Shown here: positions 61,175-64,000 of the stretch, in pieces
Position numbering within the stretch: position 1 is the first letter of the stretch
Layout of the letters: each line of letters starts with the position of its first letter
NCBI RefSeq assembly: GCF_017549005.1
Contig: NZ_JAFYYT010000029.1
Coordinates: forward strand, 266-64,265
Length of the DNA: 64,000 nucleotides
Direction of reading: 5' to 3'
Origin: Ruminococcus sp.
GTDB lineage: Bacteria > Bacillota > Clostridia > Oscillospirales > Ruminococcaceae
The notes under the pieces: model-generated
Databases searched by the model: none
Told to the model about the DNA's origin: nothing
Seen by the model: only the letters and a program-made list of their open reading frames with translations
Position numbers and translations under genes: made by a program

Positions 61175-62596
61175 TCAGCTGCCATAGCTGCCGTACTTGT
61201 ATTTGGAATAAAGTATGCCTCTGCGCTTGGTTTTCACGCCGTTAAGGATAAAACCAAGCATATTCATCCCCGAGAAGCCTACCTTCTTCATCGCTTCATT
61301 TACGTCATCGGTCGTTGTCTTTCCGTATCGGACGACCATGATAGTTCCCGAAACCTTCTTTGCAAGCTCAATAGCGTCTGTCACAACATTTACGGGAGGA
61401 GTATCAATAACGATAGTATCATATCTTTCGCTGAGCTTTTCAAGCATTTCCGTCATATTTCCGGAAGCAAGCAGCTCAGAGGGATTAGGCGGTACAGGTC
61501 CCGACGGAAGTATGTCGAGATTGTCCTCTATCTCCCTGAAGATACATTCATCTGTATGTGCCATTCTGCTGACAGCGCTTGACAGTCCTTTGGAGTTCCT
61601 GACGCCGAATATCCTTGACTGAACTCCTTTTCTCAGGTCTCCGTCGATAAGAAGGGTCTTTGAACCGCCTTGTGCAAGGGCAAGCGCTATATTTGCAGCT
61701 GTTGTGGATTTTCCCTCGCCCGGACTTGTTGATGAAACAGTGAATACCTTCTTATCACAGGTCGAAAGAGTAAAGCTCAGGTTTGCCCTTATTGACTTAT
61801 AGCTCTCAACAACAGAAAACGGCACTTTCTTGTCTGTGAGCATCAAATATCTGCCTTTTCTCTTCTTTTCAAGCTCAAACTCCTGTACCGAACCTATTAT
61901 CGGCTTATTGTACGCAGCGCTCAGCAATGCTGTACCCTTTATGGTATTATCAATGTAATAAGCCGCAATTATAAACGTAACGACCAGAACTGCTCCGATA
62001 AGCGCTCCCAGTATCGTATACCGCCTGACATCGGGAGATACGGGAGTTCTGTATATCTTAGCCGAATTGATCGTATTTATACTGCCTGCGCCAACTGCCT
62101 TTCTTATGTAACCCGGTGCAACCTTTGCCAGAGTATTGCATACAGCAGCGGAAAGCTCCGCATTCTGTGTCGTTGCCGTCACTTTCAGAGCATTTGTATC
62201 AGTGGACGAGGTTATAGTCATGCAGCTGCCTATTGACGCAGGAGCTATAACACCGTCTGATATGGTAAAGTTCTCGGCAAGCATATCATGATCAAAGCTG
62301 TGCATGAGCTTTACTCCCACAGCATTGAGAACAGCTTCGTCATCAAGAACATTTATGTAGGTATTTATCAGCTGTTTGGAATTGCTGATGTTATTGTAGC
62401 TTTGCTCCGACTCGTCATCAAAGCGGGAATAGCTCTGCACATACATGGAAATATGCGAAGAATACTTAAGCGGCATACAGAGCTCGGCATAGAAGAACGC
62501 CGCAGCACCGCCTATCAGGGCAGCTGTGATAATGAGCCACAGCCGGCTGAAGAGCAGCGCGAATATTTCTTTAAGTTCAATTTCTTCTTTACGCAT
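61175..62596 (-). CDS. Fused Wzz-type chain-length regulator + BY-family tyrosine kinase
   Basis: N-terminal 'EIELKEIFALLFSRLWLIITAALIGG' plus a second TM segment (LGALIGAVLVVTFIIAAY). Kinase motifs: Walker A 'SPGEGKSTTAANIA', 'LLIDGDLRKG', 'TIVIDTPP', and a C-terminal Tyr cluster YSKYKYGSYGS. GGAGA RBS precedes the ATG at 62596. Confidence 0.85.
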   Translation of the reverse strand: MRKEEIELKEIFALLFSRLWLIITAALIGGAAAFFYAELCMPLKYSSHISMYVQSYSRFDDESEQSYNNISNSKQLINTYINVLDDEAVLNAVGVKLMHSFDHDMLAENFTISDGVIAPASIGSCMTITSSTDTNALKVTATTQNAELSAAVCNTLAKVAPGYIRKAVGAGSINTINSAKIYRTPVSPDVRRYTILGALIGAVLVVTFIIAAYYIDNTIKGTALLSAAYNKPIIGSVQEFELEKKRKGRYLMLTDKKVPFSVVESYKSIRANLSFTLSTCDKKVFTVSSTSPGEGKSTTAANIALALAQGGSKTLLIDGDLRKGVQSRIFGVRNSKGLSSAVSRMAHTDECIFREIEDNLDILPSGPVPPNPSELLASGNMTEMLEKLSERYDTIVIDTPPVNVVTDAIELAKKVSGTIMVVRYGKTTTDDVNEAMKKVGFSGMNMLGFILNGVKTKRRGILYSKYKYGSYGS

Positions 62597-62879
62597 TACT
62601 GATGCTCTCCTGTACAAACATTATGATCATATACTAAAGAGCTATATTAAATATCATAGACAAAATATAAAAAAACGGACGATATATGCATATGAGTGCA
62701 AAAGCCGTGACATCAGAAGCCAATCTCATAAAAAGGAATGTTTTCTCCTGTTGCTTTTGGTATGCATCTCATAATTATCACCCGATTTATATATAAAAAA
62801 AATATAACATAAATTTTTAAATCTAACTCAATCTGTATACTTGGAACCAATATCTACTTTTTGTAATTACTATACCTCA

Positions 62880-62908
62880 ATTATATCATCGAAGATTTCA
62901 TATGTCAA
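62880..62908 (-). promoter_or_regulatory. Consensus sigma-A promoter of the polysaccharide operon
   Basis: Minus strand reads TTGACA (62908-62903), a 17-nt spacer, then TGaTATAAT (TATAAT at 62885-62880). This leaves a ~280-nt leader before the first gene. Confidence 0.6.
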
Positions 62909-63138
62909 TGCGTGCCCGAAACTTTGTTTAAAACACCAAATACAGTTTATTTTATAGTTTTGTTTTCGTTTGCTTTTTCACACACAATATTCTATATGTA
63001 TTTTATTACTTTTGTTGTTTACAAACGGTATATAAAAAATTAATAAATAAGATTTTTTAGCGGTTATATTTAAATTTATAATCGTTTAAATCACACTAAT
63101 TCTACTCATTAATTGTGCAAATTAAAAGTGCATAATCA

Positions 63139-63169
63139 CAAAAAAGAGCAGTCCGCATGGACTGCTCTT
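63139..63169 (-). terminator. Intrinsic terminator with no intact upstream gene (orphan)
   Basis: AGAGCAGTCC-gcat-GGACTGCTCT perfect 10-bp stem, followed on the minus strand by TTTTTTGTG. Confidence 0.65.
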
Positions 63170-63523
63170 TATATACATATCAAGTAGTAATTACTTCATA
63201 GCCTCTTCAACAGCAACTGCACAAGCAACTGTTGCACCAACCATCGGGTTGTTGCCCATTCATGTATAGCCGATCTGCGGATTCCACAGCATTGCGTTGT
63301 GTTGCGTATAATTGTCGAAAAATAGCCGTATTTTCGCAAATACAAATTCTTATTGACCTTTTGAAATATGTGTCAGAACTTAGTATTTTTCAATTTAGGG
63401 TGACAAATGGGTGACAAAACAAGCTTACTATAACCAGCTGTACTTTGAGCAAAACGAGTTATATGCTTTTTTCTATTATAACAGATAACGGAATAATTTT
63501 CAAGTATTAGGCAGCATTCTTTA

Positions 63524-63561
63524 TAAAAAAATACGTCGCTCAGGTGTGGTCCTGAACGACG
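63524..63561 (-). terminator. Intrinsic terminator of the integrase gene
   Basis: Minus strand reads CGTCGTTCAGG-accaca-CCTGAGCGACG followed by TATTTTTTTAT. Confidence 0.6.
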
Positions 63562-63567
63562 GTCAGA

Positions 63568-64000
63568 TTATTTGAAAACATCCTCCAGAGCTTTTTTGCC
63601 CTGTTCAGCCTGATTTCGTGTTAGGTGATTATAAATGTTCATTGTAACATTTATGTTTTTATGTCCAAGCCTCTCCTGCACATATTTCAGCGGCAGGCCT
63701 GCTTCTAATAAACGGGTACAGTGAGTATGTCTCAGGGAGTGAAAATTAAAAGTAGGACAAAACTCATGTATCACCGTACTGGTATGCTGCATGGTCCGTG
63801 GCTGGATAAAGCCTCCGTTCTCATATACATTAATGAAGTCGATCACTTCCCCGCTGCTGGTGTTGATACCGTCTTGCTCATTATAGTGCAAGGTCGTATA
63901 GAACTCATCATAAAACTCCTTGTTCGCAGCCTGCTCCGCCCTTAACTCATTTAGCAGATTCAGAACAAACTGATCTATATCGATGATTCTTGAAGAGTTG
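63568..64000 (-). CDS. Tyrosine recombinase / phage-type integrase, C-terminal part (gene continues beyond the window)
   Basis: 'FHSLRHTHCTRLLEAGLPLKYVQERLGHKNINVTMNIYNHLT' contains the R..H.xxR...H...Y catalytic-domain motifs. The reading frame stays open from 63891 to position 64000 (…NSSRIIDIDQFVLNLLNELRAEQAANKEFYDEFYTT…). Confidence 0.85.
   Translation of the reverse strand, partial: NSSRIIDIDQFVLNLLNELRAEQAANKEFYDEFYTTLHYNEQDGINTSSGEVIDFINVYENGGFIQPRTMQHTSTVIHEFCPTFNFHSLRHTHCTRLLEAGLPLKYVQERLGHKNINVTMNIYNHLTRNQAEQGKKALEDVFK

Noticed and set aside
47474-61582. Long plus-strand ORFs inside the polysaccharide operon (47474..48070, 57755..58441, 60821..61582 and others)
   Set aside because: Each lies antisense to a minus-strand gene with clear family motifs (IspD, GT2, DegT/BY-kinase). 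The 60821..61582 frame also crosses an intergenic gap. They are most likely chance open frames in A+T-rich DNA.
62864-63194. Possible invertible promoter: inverted copies of GTAATTACTA flank a ~310-bp segment that contains the polysaccharide-operon promoter, with a tyrosine recombinase nearby
   Set aside because: The repeat is only 10-11 bp, its core GTAATTAC is itself a palindrome, and it lies in very A+T-rich DNA, so a chance match is likely. The flanks do not extend the homology. Read-orientation analysis (e.g. PhaseFinder on raw reads) would be needed before making this claim.
63191-63300. In-frame TGA followed by a hairpin (GCAACAACC-cgat-GGTTGGTGC), considered as a selenocysteine codon plus SECIS element
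   Set aside because: There is no RBS or plausible start, and the resulting peptide would be ~33 aa with no resemblance to any selenoprotein I know. A severed gene tail is the simpler explanation.

Overview
This window contains no housekeeping genes, rRNA, tRNA or CRISPR arrays. It consists of cell-surface and accessory genes from a cellulosome-producing Firmicute, most likely Ruminococcus flavefaciens-like, judging by the dockerin and cohesin modules and the Thr-rich linkers. It divides into four parts. (1) 209-16171, minus strand: an A+T-rich five-gene operon. It encodes four proteins that share a SipW/TasA-type N-terminal 'YAWFT' signal motif, followed by a 3,679-aa GLUG-like-repeat giant protein. 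It has a consensus promoter, an internal terminator plus internal promoter, and a divergently transcribed EAL c-di-GMP phosphodiesterase. I consider this the best candidate for an undescribed surface-fibre/adhesin system. (2) 18.3-46.2 kb: cellulosome-related genes. These are a dockerin-Cthe_2159-CotH protein, a GH30-CBM-dockerin xylanase, a two-cohesin adaptor scaffoldin, a dockerin-serpin, a triple-repeat dockerin protein, and a DUF285-LRR/dockerin/beta-helix protein. Interspersed are a membrane protein/vWA pair, an orphan MutS-like ATPase, TspO and a MORN protein. There are also two paralogous cassettes, each with an ECF-type sigma factor, a Thr-rich membrane protein and a dockerin protein; a conserved bipartite promoter motif accompanies the first cassette. 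(3) 46.3-62.9 kb, minus strand: a 16-gene Wzx/Wzy-type polysaccharide operon with an IspD-like/SDR pair, two LicD genes and a fused Wzz/BY-kinase. (4) 62.9-64.0 kb: an A+T-rich junction with an orphan terminator, tandem GGGTGACAAA repeats and a partial tyrosine integrase that runs off the window.
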